Notes: generated from the letters alone by a model not told the origin. Positions 1-18,715 are shown, numbered from the stretch's first letter. The stretch is DNA of 64,000 nt from the human T2T-CHM13v2.0 reference genome, Homo sapiens (GCF_009914755.1 NC_060930.1); one strand, 5' to 3'. Translations and numbers: made by a program.

Positions 1-754
1 TGCCTGGCGGGGATGGGGTGGGGGTGGTCCTATGTGGTGCCTCTGCCTCTGGAGTTACCTTTAGGAAAGGTCAAGAGAACTATCCTCCCCTCCATGTCTG
101 CTGAAAAGGGGCTATTTTGCTAGTCTTGGTATCAGTAATTCACCACTTAATATAACCAGGTTTTAGGTTTGTATATGAGCGATCCTGGACATCCAATACC
201 ATCCCCCCAGTTCCCCAGCGCCACTCCTGGACATTCTAGACACCAGCGAGGCTTCTTCTGCAGCCATTCCTAATGTAGCAGATCCATTTTGGGGGGAGTC
301 TGGATGCAGGTGTGTGTGATCCAGCCTGAATTTGAGACTCTCAGTTTCTTTAACACCAGCTTGAAAAGTCTGCAATCACTAGCCCTGAGAGAGTACTTTG
401 GTTCCTAATGGGATATCCTGAGTCAGGGTGGCTGAAAGAGCTACCAGTTTACCTTGTACATGGCAGGCAGAATTCTCAATGCTAACTTACCACTTGCACT
501 TATTGAAGGCCTGGGGGAGATGGTTTCATCCTTCATAATTCCTGTATGTCTGATGCCAGTGGAGAGTCAATGTTTTGCTGTGTCACTGTGCAAAAAACAA
601 ACAAACAAACAAAAAACCTGTAAGGTGAGGGATTGTACTTTTCAATGACTGGGGAGCTAGTTCCAAAGCTGGCACAATCGCCAAGAGCTAAATGGAAGAA
701 GGTCCTTGCTCCTTCTCCAAAAAACCTTTCCTGGGGGTAATGGGTGACTTAGGG

Positions 755-880
755 CAGTGACCTTCAAACTTTGCTGTGTATTAGAGTCAGCTGGAGGGTT
801 GTAAAGTCGCGATGCCTGAGCGGCTCAACACAACAAAGAAATCAGAATATCTGGGAGTAAAACCCAGATTTGGGAACCAT
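755..880. mobile_element. MER5-type hAT DNA transposon fragment
   Basis: CAGTGACCTTCAAACTTTGCTGTGTATTAGAGTCAGCTGGAG resembles a MER5A terminus. Confidence 0.5.
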
Positions 881-1489
881 TTAGGGAAAGTCTGCCTCGA
901 TCTGTAGCAGAGTTTTGGGATTGACTTTCTAAACTGCAGCCACTCCTCATCTTTGGCCTTGTGAAAAACTTGAGACCCCGGCTTTATCAGTCCCCCTTTT
1001 GAAAAACAGGGCGTGTCTCAGCCCTAGGTATGCAAAGCTAAACGTCTCAAACCGCTCTGCATTCGAATTAGCCAACTTAAGAACAAGTCCAACAGCACTG
1101 CTAAGCAAGAGCCTAATAACTCAGCGTTTCGCGACATCTCTTGGCGGCGTTGACCGTTTGCCCGGGACACTGGTTTAGAAGCACGGCATAGGGTGTCTCT
1201 ACATCTTAGAAATCAAGACAGCCTCTAGGTTAGAATAAAGTTTACTCTGGACTGGGCATAACTCCACTCCACCTCTGCGATTCTTCTTCTCGTTTCCCGT
1301 CTTCTGTCTTTTCTTTCCTCCCTTCCCAACTCCTAGCGCGCTACTTTAACGTCTCAGTCTCGTTCGCTAAGCCCATGCGCCTGGGACTTGTTCTTTGAAT
1401 CTCAAGTCCGAAAAGCCAGGAATCCTCGATCATGGACTTCCTCCTGCTAAATTAGAGGGAGTGAAATTTCGCTCTCCTCTCCATCCTAC

Positions 1490-2420
1490 TTCCCCATCCC
1501 AAACTCGCTAGATTAAGTTCGCTGACCAGGCGCGCACCCAATGGCAGCACCCTCTCCAACATTTTCCCCACCAGAGAGGCAAGTGTCCTACATTTGTACG
1601 TAAAGGTCCCTGAGTGGCTAGGTGGAGAGGCTCGGATGTCTTTTCCTGGAGCGGGCCTCGGGGAGCTGCAGCAGCCCCAGCCTCAGGCACCACAGCCAAG
1701 CGAGCGCGCCTTGGGCTCGCTGCTCTGCACGCAGCTGGAGGTCTGGGCCGCTGACCCTCTGGCCACGTAGTCAACCCGAGGATGTGTGCCCCGGGGCTCG
1801 GCCTTGCCTCGGGTGAGAAGGCTAGTCACCATTCAGGGTGCAGGTGTCATGGCCTGGAAATGGCAATATCTGAGCAAACAGGTGGGCGTCGCTTCCCGGC
1901 GGTGCGGTGGCCGCTGGCTCGCAGCGCGCTCCAGCTTTCGGCGCCGCCGCCGCCCCTTTGCTCTGCGGACTCAGCCAGTTCCCGGGTGGCCCAGCTGGGT
2001 GGCTCCGAGGCCTGCCCCCTTGGGCTGCGGCGGGAGGCGGGGACTGCAGTGCCGAGTGTAGGGCGCCCCAGCCGGGCTGGCGGTTCACGCTGCGCTCGGG
2101 CCTCTGCCGGGAGGGCGCCCTGGCGCCAAACCCGGGCGGGCAGGGGGGTGGAGAGCCGATTGAGTTTATTCCCATTCAGAATTTAGAGGCTGGTGGAGAC
2201 AGAGAGTCTCCTAAATGGATGCAAGTCTCCTGAAAGTCTGGGCCGGAAGCCTCGAAACTTTCTGCCACGCAAAGCCCCAGCTAGTCTCCAGGGCTCGGTC
2301 CTGGTTCCCTTTGTGCAGGCCCGGAAGTGTCCGCCCGGTTTTCCCACTGCCTGGAGGGGCCCAGGGTCGCGGATAGACTCGGACAAGGCTCCGTTTACTT
2401 TCAGTTTGTCTTAGTTGACT
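1490..2420. promoter_or_regulatory. CpG island / GC-rich regulatory element
   Basis: High GC and dense CpG (e.g. GGCGCCGCCGCCGCC at ~1940), repeat-free; TFAP2-type GCCN3GGC sites at 1680-1688 and 1708-1716. Confidence 0.8.
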
Positions 2421-4039
2421 AATGGCGGGACTGGTTGTAATGCGTGCTCTGAGATTTTCTCCAGGATTTGTCACTTTAATTTTGCAATATGAGGTAAGGC
2501 CATGTTTTTTAAAGTGGAGACACTCTCTTTGCCTTTCCTGCCTTCCTAAAGGAAGCACATCCTCTTGATGTGCCCGACGGGACCTGCAGACTCCAGACTC
2601 CACTGCTTTTTCTCAAAACCACACACTTGAAAAGAATACACTTCGATTGCTGTTAAAACTTGTCAGATTTCCATGTTTTAATCGCTGGCAATGTCTTAAT
2701 AATGGAACCTTACCACTTTTGCACGTGTTGCTGAAAAGAGAGCTCTCCAGTAAAAGTGCCGTGCCCATGAGTCTCTTGAGGCTGTGCAAGGTTACTTATC
2801 AAGGATCTCAAAATGACAGGCAGGCTACCTCTGGATTTCCAATCACATGTTCAAAACTCAAAGATTCTCAGTCTGGAGAGGTTTGGTTTTGTTTTGGTTT
2901 GGTTTTAAAAGCTCATTCCTCCCCCCCCCCCACCCCCAATAACACAGTACTTAATTGTTTTATTAAATTGTTCCAGGCTCTGGAACCCTGGGGAGGCACT
3001 CTTCAAATGGTATTGTTTTTTCTGTATTTATGTCAACACAGGAAGTTGCATTAGAAACTTAAGTTGACAATTTAATAAGGCCTGATCAAGTATATGAGGT
3101 TTTTTTAAAAAAATTGACGTAGCACATATCACTTCATTTGTTTTCAAACTCAAAATGTGCTCTTTCTGAATCTTACGATGTAAATCGTAGAGTCTTTATA
3201 CTAGATAATTTTAGCTGTGATATTGTGAATATAAGAATTGTACAATTTTCCTTTGAAATGTGCTGCTGAGAAGAATAAAAATGAAGTTTTCTCTCTGGAA
3301 ATGGCTGGAAACAAACGTCAAAACCTGACAATTTACACACACAGTTCTCTTTCTGACTTGACTCACCCCTTTGAGAATTACTTTTTAAAACACCAAAGTT
3401 ATAGGATACTAAGTTAATTGTGGTCTTTCTAATTCTGAAAAACTGGTTTTCATTTGCCTCAAGAACTTTTAAGGCAAAGTTGTCTAAGATACTTCCTTGA
3501 ACAAAGACTCAGACAAAAGCATTTGACTGCTTTTAATTTCTCAGCATTTTTACATTTTAAAACTATAGCTTGAATGAAACTCAAGTGTCCTGAATAAAGA
3601 ATAAATACTTAAAAATTGTTTAAATACATATTTTCTCCTTTCATTGTTGGAGCATTCAAGCAAAGATTGTGTAAAATTCAGGTTAAGTAAAATGTAAAAA
3701 ATACATATCCAGTTTACATTACATATTCTTTTTGTGTACAAATATTTATACCAATAAAAACCCCCTAAGATATTTATATCTTTAACATCTATTTTTCTTT
3801 TACCTTTACTACTAGAAAGAGAAGCTAACAAAGGAAAGCCTCTTCAAAAAATGGGATTTCCTTGGCCTTAGCAGTTCTGGTGTGTTCCACTGCCAACACT
3901 AGGTAGGAAAAATCTGACTTGTGATGTTGTGATTAAATAGCGGCCTGGCTCAAACTGCCCAAAGAGAGGGAATTCACTATGAGTTCCACAGTTTTATCTT
4001 GAGGAAGAAACTAGCAGAAACACAGAATTTTAGAGCCTT

Positions 4040-4245
4040 AGAGCTCTCATTACAAAATGGCCCTCACTATAAAGTGGCATATACTGAACCCAGCTTAGAT
4101 GTGTGTACTGAGCCCAGTACAAATGTATATAGTGAACCCAGAGCTCTCATTACAAAATGCCTCTCACTATAAAGTGGCATATACTGAACCCAGCTTAGGT
4201 GTGTGTACTGAGCCCAGTACAAATGTATATACTGAGCCCAGAGCT
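4040..4245. repeat. Tandem duplication, 100-bp unit x2
   Basis: GAGCTCTCATTACAAAATG... starts at 4041 and 4141; only a few mismatches. Confidence 0.95.
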
Positions 4246-4727
4246 ATTCAGCTTGTTGGTGGTGGGGGTGGTTAGGATTAGATGACAACACCTATTCTCG
4301 AATGAGTTAGTCTATGATGCTGTGTCCTAGATTGTGCTCAAGATTAAAAACCTGATTAAAAGACCTTTTTGACTGAAGAGTGTTCTTAAACCTTAGCATC
4401 CAATCTGCTTTAAACAGGTTGCAATTAAACATAATGCTATGTGTTCATTGTTAATTGCAGACAGGAAATGTCCAGTGTTGATAGAAATTACCTCTAAAGT
4501 CTTGATTCTGGAAGAAGCTAGAGAAATGGCTCTTGGATTTCTAATACTGGCACTTCTTTGGTGACTGTTTCCCATGAATTACCTCAACTTGCACTGAAAG
4601 CCACAAGAAAACCAAAAAATGCAAACTACAAGCCTGAATATGCCTACAGATTACCTGTGTCTTTAATGTGTCTTGAGCAGTTTGGATACATGCTTGATAT
4701 TTTGTGGCAACAAAATACTAGTGCCAG

Positions 4728-4838
4728 ACCTGTATACCTATGTAACAAACCTGCACGTTCTGCACATGTATCCCAGAACATAACATATAATTTTAAAAAA
4801 TTCAAAAATAAATAAATAAAATTTAAAGACTCAAAAAA
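4728..4838 (+). mobile_element. Extremely 5'-truncated L1PA 3' end with 16-bp TSD
   Basis: TATACCTATGTAACAAACCTGCACGTTCTGCACATGTATCCC plus A-rich tail; TSD AAAATACTAGTGCCAG at 4712-4727 and 4839-4854. Confidence 0.9.
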
Positions 4839-5629
4839 AAAATACTAGTGCCAGGACTCCACTTTTAGTATCACTTTTCATATTTTAGTATTTAGTATTA
4901 TCATTTTATCTTTCAATGTATTAGTGAAGCTTCTACGGTATTGTTCTGTCTTTTCAAATCAACAGGTGATAGTAGGAAAGCAGGAATAATCTCCCAGGAA
5001 TCATTATTTTATTGAGAGTTATTAGGGAGTAATAAGAAACTTGACAATAAGAGTGGAAACATTAAATCAAGGTGGGGGGAAAAAAGAAGTATCTACCTAA
5101 AGAAAATGTTTTATTCATCAATAATCATAACAATGGAAATGGATTATGAAAACAGCTAAAGGAAATCTTCACCAATAAGTTTGACTATATTTATTCCAGT
5201 CTCTGTGACACCAAATCTCATGATTTTCTAAAAAGATGTGACTCAAAATTAGCAAACACTGCAAAGAAGACACACGTGCTATTTATGAGTGCTTTTAAGT
5301 CTCTTAGCAGAGACACATTTGGAAGCTAAATGGAATCACAGTGACTAAAACTTTTTCTGAAATCCCCAATCCGATGTTGAAGCACATGGCTCAGAAACAA
5401 TCTCAATATCATCAAATAACTAAACCACAAAAAAGAAAAAGAAGCTCTCAAATATCCCTTTCCCAAACGTTTCCCAAATGTATACACATATGTAGACAGT
5501 AGAGGCTAGAACTGGAATTGTTTTTGCCTAAACATTTGCTGCCCCCACGTGTCCCTTTAGAAAACTGAGTGTTAAAGCTAAATCATGTTCATTAGCACCT
5601 TCTATACAGCATTCGCAGGTTAGGTACGC

Positions 5630-5986
5630 TTAAGTGTGATCACAGAAACAGCCCAGTGTTGGTAGAAAGTACCAGAGACAGGGCGGGGAAGCAGGGAGGG
5701 AAGAAGCTGACTTTTGCCACAGACTCCTGGGGTAATCCCCAGTAATTACATAAGGTCCATGTGTCTTTGTCTCTTCAAACTTGAAATGGGTGGCAGGCTG
5801 GTGGGACGGGACGAGTAGCCAGATTTTCACTAAGGTTCCATCTAGCTCTAATATTTGGTCACTCTCATTGAGGATGATAAAAGAGAAGTAGGGAAACCCA
5901 GTTATCCCATTTCTGGCTAAGTCGTCACTTTGGAGGTGTGGCCAAAAACTCATGAATGAACTTCCTGTTTCATCACTCGAATCCAT
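5630..5986 (-). CDS. LINC00518: 118-aa putative ORF of LINC00518 (historic C6orf218); translation doubtful
   Basis: [13 protein letters not shown]...CDHT with strong Kozak (GTAATGG); recalled as the putative C6orf218 product; partly MIR-like sequence, no recognisable domain. Confidence 0.35.
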
Positions 5987-6193
5987 TACCTCGGTTCTCT
6001 GTCATCTTGACAAACTTGCTTCCCAATGTCTGAGTGGCTCTGAGCCTAAGGAGACAAGAAGGAGTTTGTTTTCTTTAATGTCCAACAATTATACATTATA
6101 CAGTATCCTGCTCATGACTACAAAAATGAAAATCATCTTCCACGTTTATAGTGTGTATCAGTAGCAGGTGCCTCAACACCTCAACAGCTCTGA

Positions 6194-6485
<292 letters not shown>

Positions 6486-7574
6486 ACTAGTTCTTAAATC
6501 TCCACAATACCATGATCAGCATGGCAAAGCCATTCTCTCCCTATTCCAGTTTTGTTCAACTCTCAGGCAACCACATGTTTAAAGAAAGGCTGGGTCCCTC
6601 CCTTGCCCAAGGGGGTGAATTTTGATTCATCTAAGAGAGATATTAGTTTTATCCTGATCACCATCTACGAAGACATGTAACTTAAAAATTCAAAGCCCCA
6701 AAGGCAGGAAATGCAAACTTTTAGGTTAACTAGGTGGATTTTCAAACATTTTCTCCATTACCAGATGGTCTAATATTTAACTGAATAGAAAACAGATTTA
6801 TAGTGTGAAAAATATTTGTGTATTCTTACCTAAATCATGAACCCATTATTTACCTTCTCTCTGTGTACCAAGAAACCAAAGACATTTAATGGGCATGATT
6901 ACCAACTATAATCAGAAGTATCTAGGGAGAGCCAGAGGGGATGTGATCTTAGAACAGGCTTTAGAGTGACAGACGTGAAGTCATTGTCCTTTGAGCTACA
7001 GTTCAGTTTGGTGGAAGAGCAAAGTGCCAGGACTATTGCAGGCCCATTCTTCATTCTCAGGGTTTTGTCATTTCTGCAATGATTCTCAAATGACAGTCTC
7101 TATTCCCATGCTGCACCCATATTTTCCCAAAGCTGATTAATTTAACTACAATATATACCCTTCTCAAAAACTGCTAATGTAACAGGTAGGAAACACTCAA
7201 TATTCGGGAATGCTGATGAGTTTCCTGAGTAGCATGCGACTGGAATGGGAAGAACAGGAATCTGGTATCAGCCTAGCCACAGGCTGGCTGTTATGTCCTT
7301 GGGCAAGTTTCATCTTGTCTCTGGGTTGTATTTCCTGACCTGTAATGCAAGAGTATCAGTCCCAACCATCTCTGAGGCCCTTTCCAGCTCTCAGAGACTC
7401 TGGAATCAGATTCATACATCTGTCAGCTGAGTTTCCAAACAACACAGCCTGGAAACAACAATTCTAAAAATAAAACATACAACTAAGAAACCAGTCACAA
7501 GACTAGAAAACATCATCACATGTATTCTGTCACTGGTAACAAAATAGTTGCATACATATGCGAGCCAGTCCTAT

Positions 7575-7873
7575 TTATTATTATTTTTTTTTTAGAGACA
7601 GGGTCTTGCTCTATTGCCCAGGCTGGAGTGCAGTCACCGCTAACTGCAGTCTTGAACTCCTGTGCTCCAACGATCCTCCTGCCTCAGCTTCCCAAGTAGC
7701 TGGGACCACAGGTGAACATTGCCACACCTGGCTAATTTTTTATTCTTATTTTTATTAGAGAAGAGTTCTCCCTTTGTTGCCGAGGCTGGTCTCAAACTCC
7801 TGGTTTCAAGTAATCCTACTGCCTCAGCCTCCCAAAGTGTTGGGGTTACAAGCACGAGCCACTATGCCCAGCC
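7575..7873 (-). mobile_element. AluJ
   Basis: Antisense Alu with J-type features. Confidence 0.85.
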
Positions 7874-8109
7874 AAGTCAATCCTATTTTAGATTCATCAT
7901 TATTCATTAGAAAAAGTATTTTCACTTATTTGTATCTCACCCTAACTTATAAAATCCAAATAACGTTTGACTGACATGAAGATAATATGCCACTTAATCA
8001 TGTTATTGACTTCACTTAAGTGGGCTACACAAATAACGCCAATAATATTCAGTAATATAAAAATTATGACATTTTTCTAAGGGAACTGAGTCATACAGGC
8101 CTTGAATGA

Positions 8110-8428
<319 letters not shown>

Positions 8429-8919
8429 CAATAATCTTTATAGTCAAGTTTGCTGTTGTGTGTTTTTTTTTTTTAAAAAACAGAATTAGTTGTTTTGTCT
8501 TTTATTTTGTTTTGTTTTAGAGGCAGAATCTCACTATGTTGCCCAGGCTTATTTTGCACCACTGGCCTCAAGCAGTCCTCCCAGCTCTGCCAAATTTTAG
8601 ACACCTGGACTTGGAAACCCATGAGAAGTTGGCCAGCGCTTCCTTTTGCATTTATGCAGAGCAATGGTAAACGTCAGCAGCAAATTTACAATCAATCTTA
8701 TTTTCCAGTGTCTCCAGAGATTTGATTGTTTTGCTTATATGGCTTATGGCAATACTTACCTCCAATGTCTGATTTTTCAAAAAAATTTCATCTAATCCTT
8801 TGTGCAATGGTTTACATCTAATTTTTTTTGTTCTGAGATGTAGACAGCTATTAAGAACTGATCTTTGCACAGTAAATTTTTCCTATTCTTAGTCATTATC
8901 CTTAGGTGAGGCAACATGG

Positions 8920-10160
<1,241 letters not shown>

Positions 10161-10331
10161 GCAGGGAGGTTAGAATCAGGGAGCTCTACCATTTTAGCCA
10201 AATTCACTACATAAAACCTAGGCACTGCTAAGCAATTTACTCACCCCTTTGATCCTCAGCGGTCTCATTAGTAACACAGATGGAATGATTCCTACCTCAG
10301 GCTGGTGAGCTCTTAAAGAGACAATGTTAGG

Positions 10332-10724
10332 AGTATTCATTTGCTAGGATGGCCTTCACAAAATACAACCGACCTGAATTGCAAACATTTATTTTCTCAC
10401 AGTTCCGGAGGCTGGAAGTCCAAGATGGAGCTGCTGTGAGGGTTGGTTTCCGGTGAGGCCTTTCTTCCTAGCTCGTAGACAGCCACCTTCTCTCTGTGTC
10501 CTCACATGGCTTTTCTTTTGTGTCCATGCCGAGAGAGAGGACTCTCTGAGGACTCTCCCTCTTCTTGTAAGGACACCAGTCCTATCAGACTAGGGCCCCA
10601 CTCTTATGACCTCATTTAATTTAATTATGTCTGTAAAGGCCCCTGCTCCAAATATAGTCACATTGAGGATTATGGCTTCATAATCCTGTGACTCTGGGGA
10701 GAGGACACATTTCAGTCCATAACA
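10332..10724 (-). mobile_element. MLT1A/B-type MaLR solo LTR, candidate LINC00518 promoter
   Basis: TTTCTCACAGTTCCGGAGGCTGGAAGTCCAAGAT ... TTCAGTCCATAACA MaLR hallmarks. Confidence 0.8.
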
Positions 10725-11041
10725 AAGCCCTTAGTGTGTTTTAGTGCTCAAAACTGTTCATTCATACCTCGGTTATTCCATTATTATTGCCTACGATATT
10801 ACCACTTCAGGGTTTTTGTTATTTTTTACAATATAGAGCACAACGTATAATAAACTACACATACGAATTCTCATTGAGGAATTACAGAAAATATATCTAT
10901 CGCGTCTAACAAGGTTTAATTAGCATCTTGGAAAAAAAAAAAAACACCTACGTTTTTAAGGAAAAAGTTGGCCAATACTGCCATCTGTTGGAATTTTGGT
11001 CAAAGCTCATGTGTTGGACTTTACTCATTCTTTGTCAATAT

Positions 11042-11352
11042 CTTTTCTTTCTTTCTTTCTTTCTTTTTTTCTGAGACGGAGCCTTGCTCTGTTACCCAGG
11101 CTGGAGTGTGGTGGCGCGATCTCGGCTCACTGCAACCTCCGCCTCCTAGGTTCAAGCGATTCTCCTGCCTTGGCCTCCTGAGTAGCTGGAATTACAGGCA
11201 CGCGCCACCACGCCCGGCTAATTTTTGTATTTTTAGTAGAGACGGAGTTTCACCATGTTGGTCAGGCTGGTTTCGAACTCCTGACCTCGTGATCCACCCA
11301 CCTCGGCCTCCCAAAGTGCTGGAATTACAGGCGTGAGCCACCGCGCCCGGCC
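11042..11352 (-). mobile_element. AluS
   Basis: Full-length antisense Alu, CpG-rich. Confidence 0.9.
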
Positions 11353-11883
11353 CTTTGTCAACATCTTATATGTTGCTGTGATTATTTTCTTCCCTAATAA
11401 GTGTAAAATTGGATGATTTTGTTTTCAATTTAAACCTACAATAAGTATTCTAAGAAATACACAAAGATTCTACTATGACAGAATGAGTCTTTTCCTACTT
11501 GCGACATTCATTCTAAATTTCACAAATGCAAGTTGTGGAAAGAGAGACATTGATGGAAAAATTTCTACTTTTGGAGACAAATTCTCATTCGCATTAGTTT
11601 TATTTTTATTTCTCAATTATAAGTTATTTGGCGTTCTGGCTCACCTAATCCGTGAACCAAGAGGGTTGCTTTCGGAAGCCTACTAGTGGAAAATGAAAGT
11701 TTCAGATCTGAAGCTAGCAAATGCTCACTTGCTGATGATGAGGAACAAGTTCTATTATAATAGAGTTGGTTACAAGGCTATGCAGCAAGAAAAAGGTGCT
11801 CAGCTTTATGAGAGAAGTGCAACAGATATTGGAATGTGGTGGCCTTGATGATGCTGTTCTTAGGAGACTCCATAGGCATTCTT

Positions 11884-12087
<204 letters not shown>

Positions 12088-12614
12088 TTATACTTTGATG
12101 GGAGTAGTGTAATATGGTATAGCTTCTTTGTGAAATCGATCCAAATAAATATGAGCACACCTTTGAACCTAGCGACTCCACTTGTTGGAATTTATCCTAC
12201 AGATGGAGTTGCAAGTGTGCGAAATGATGGGTTTATATATCGTGACTTTTTTAATAATAGCAAAGACTGGAAACAGTCTAAATGCTATCAATAAGACACA
12301 TTTAAATAAATGATGGGTCAGTCGTATAAAGGAATAACATTCAGTCATTACAAGGAATGAGGCAGTTCTCTATGTACTCTACAGATTCATTTCCAAGACA
12401 TATTGTTAAGGAAGAAAGCAAGGTGTAGTGCACTAGGTATGGTATACACATGTGTTAAGAATTGTGTTTTACTGTAGTATACCATACCTTATATGTTTAA
12501 TAGAACATATCTCATCTATATTTTGTAATTCATTTTTATAAAACTGCCTGTAAATAGAAAAATTTTATTATCTCTTTCATGTCTACAGCTTCTACATTTA
12601 TGTCCCCTCTTACT

Positions 12615-13247
<633 letters not shown>

Positions 13248-13999
13248 TAATTTTTCATTTTTGATCTTTGAATTTATTTTGCTGTTGTTTTCTAATTCTA
13301 ATTTGGATGACTAGCTAATTAAAAAAAATGTTTTCCCACTTCTTAAATGTCAGCATTTATAGGCTTTTGCGCTATACATTTCACTCAAAGTAGATTTTGT
13401 GAAATGCCACAATATTTGGCATGTGGCATTTTCACAATTGTCAATTCAAAATGTTTTCTAGTTTTCAGTGTGACTTATTTTTTGATCCATGGCTTTACTT
13501 ATAAGTGTATATTTAAAAATTTCCAAATATATCATTTGTTTTGACTATTACATTTTTCATTAAGGTATAACTGACAAATAAAAATTACGTATGTTTAAAA
13601 AAGGAATTGTATTTTGCTGCAAGTAACAGTGAGCTTGTTATGGTGTTTAAGCTGTTTCAACTGCTAAAAAACAACAACAACAAAACAGATATGGACAGGG
13701 CCATGGCTTATAAGGGAACTCCATCATTCTCAGGACCTAATTTCCTCCATCTTGTTGCTCTGCCATCCCAAGTGGGCTGTTTTACAGTCCAAGAAAGCTG
13801 CTTAAGCTCCAGTCATCACGTCCACATCCCAGCCAGCAGAAAGGCAAAAGATCTGACAAATGTTACATTCTAGTATCTTCCACTCCAGTATCGAAAACTT
13901 AGTTACATAGCCTGCATTATTAGCTAACAGAAAGGCTGAGAAATGCAGTTTTTTGCTGGACAGCAATGAGTGGCTTCAAATACATTTGGACGGCTGTTA

Positions 14000-14285
<286 letters not shown>

Positions 14286-14740
14286 AAGTGGGAGAATGGA
14301 TGTTGAGACAGGCGACTTGCTGTCTCTTTCATAGTATGCTAACATTTATGTGATGAGGAGAATATATAATCTGTATATGTTAAGAAAAGTTTGGGATGTC
14401 TAGAAATACACAAGTACCTAGTAACAGTATGTATAGGTGTCTTTGGGAAGATCTGATGACTAGGGGAAAGGAAGAGAGACAAGCTTTGCAACTTACCATT
14501 TTGCCTTTTGAATTTTATATTATGGCCATGTATTTTTTAAAGAAAAAAATTACATGCAAAAACTAGCATTTGATGTTAAGATTTTCCAACTGGATCTGCT
14601 TTGTGGCTAAAAGTTTCCCTCCCCTGTAGCTTGAATATATACAACTAAAAGATATGTATAGATATGTATATGCAACTATATATATACAACTAAAATGTGT
14701 ACAATGCAATGTTTTGATATATGTCTATCTTGTGAGGTGA

Positions 14741-15166
<426 letters not shown>

Positions 15167-15448
15167 TAAAGTGGAGGGCAGTTAAAATCCCTCTAGTGGA
15201 AGAAAAGACCTGGACAATATGAGCTGTGTTCATTATGACCACTGGGAAGATGAGTTTCACCCTTCACATGACTATATGGTGAGAACATGTTTCTCAGCTG
15301 AGACAAGATTTCAGGAAAGTTTGCAAGAACCGAGAGAAAATGGAAGAAAATGAAATATTTGTTCTTCAGAGTCACCAGTTTTATTATATGCCTGGACTCT
15401 GTCACTTATGTCAATAAATTTACAAATGCAAAATACACATTTAATTCC

Positions 15449-15526
15449 AGCGTGGTAGCATACACCTGTAGTCCTAGATACTCAGGAGGGTGAGTATCTA
15501 GGACTACAGGTGTGTGCTACCACGCT
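15449..15526 (+). ncRNA. MIR5689: pre-miRNA hairpin MIR5689 (mature ~15457-15478 AGCAUACACCUGUAGUCCUAGA)
   Basis: 36-bp near-perfect inverted repeat with a 6-nt loop; mature sequence recognised from memory. Confidence 0.85.
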
Positions 15527-15586
15527 TGAACTCAGGAGTTCAAGGCCAGCCTGGACAACACAGGGAGACCCCCTCTCTAAATGTAT

Positions 15587-15589
15587 ATA

Positions 15590-15625
<36 letters not shown>
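15587..15625. repeat. (CA)n microsatellite
   Basis: Direct reading. Confidence 0.95.
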
Positions 15626-15626
<1 letters not shown>

Positions 15627-15701
15627 TCAAACATTGGAATCAGATGTCCTGGACAAAATGCTCAAATCAGCTGAACACTTTGGAATGCTTAACTTTTCTT
15701 T

Positions 15702-17013
<1,312 letters not shown>

Positions 17014-17413
17014 TCAGCAGTGGCTGCAGGAAATAGAAGGAAAGGGAGTGAGGAGACAGGGTGCAAGCTGGAATGTGATCACAGGGGAGGGGGATCTCTG
17101 GACTATGGGGGAATGACGGGCAGCTTGAGGCCCTGAGATGAAAGACACTCCCTTTAAGAAAAACGTCTGTGACTCAGAGCCACAAGGCGTGTCAGGAGAA
17201 AGTTCTGATGAAACTGCATTCCATTCCTGGAGGAATACGCATTGCCATTGAAGTACAAACTCTAAAATGATGTAGGATTAATAATTAAGGCAACACTAGT
17301 AGTGGATGGTGGCCCAGAGAGCTTTCCCTAGCTTTGTTAATTTTCTTCTCTCCACAGCTTACGTAAGCAAATATTCACCCAAAGAGTAGAGAATGTTGAG
17401 ACATTTAGCATTA

Positions 17414-17790
17414 TGTATTAGTCTGTTCTCACAGTGCTATAAAAAAAAAATACCTGAGACTGGGTAATATATGAAGAGAAGTTTAATTGACTCAGTTCCG
17501 TAGACTGTACAGGAAGCACAGCTGAGGAGGCCTCAGGACACTTGCAGTCACGGCATGGGGCAAAGGGGAAGCAAGCACATCTTCACATGGCAACAGGAGA
17601 GAGAGCAAAGGGGGAAGCGCTACACACTTTTAAGCCACCAGATCTCATGAGAACTCACTCACTATCATGAGGACAGCAAGGGGGAAATTCTCCCCCATGA
17701 GCCAATCACCTCCCACCAGGTCCCTCCCCCAACATTAGGAATTACAATTTGCATGAGATTTGTGTGGCCACACGGAGCCAAACCATATCA
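17414..17790 (-). mobile_element. MST-type MaLR solo LTR
   Basis: TGTATTAGTCTGTTCTCAC ... CCAAACCATATCA termini. Confidence 0.9.
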
Positions 17791-17894
17791 CATTGGTCAA
17801 CCTATATAGTAATGTTTTTCTTAATCTAAATGTATACTAAGTTAGTGTTTTATCGATTTAAAAATACATCTTGAAAAGGATTTTGCAATTTACT

Positions 17895-18715
<821 letters not shown>

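Noticed and set aside
1508-2603. Overlapping ORFs in the CpG island
   Set aside because: Ala/Gly/Pro/Arg-rich frames are expected from GC-rich, stop-poor DNA
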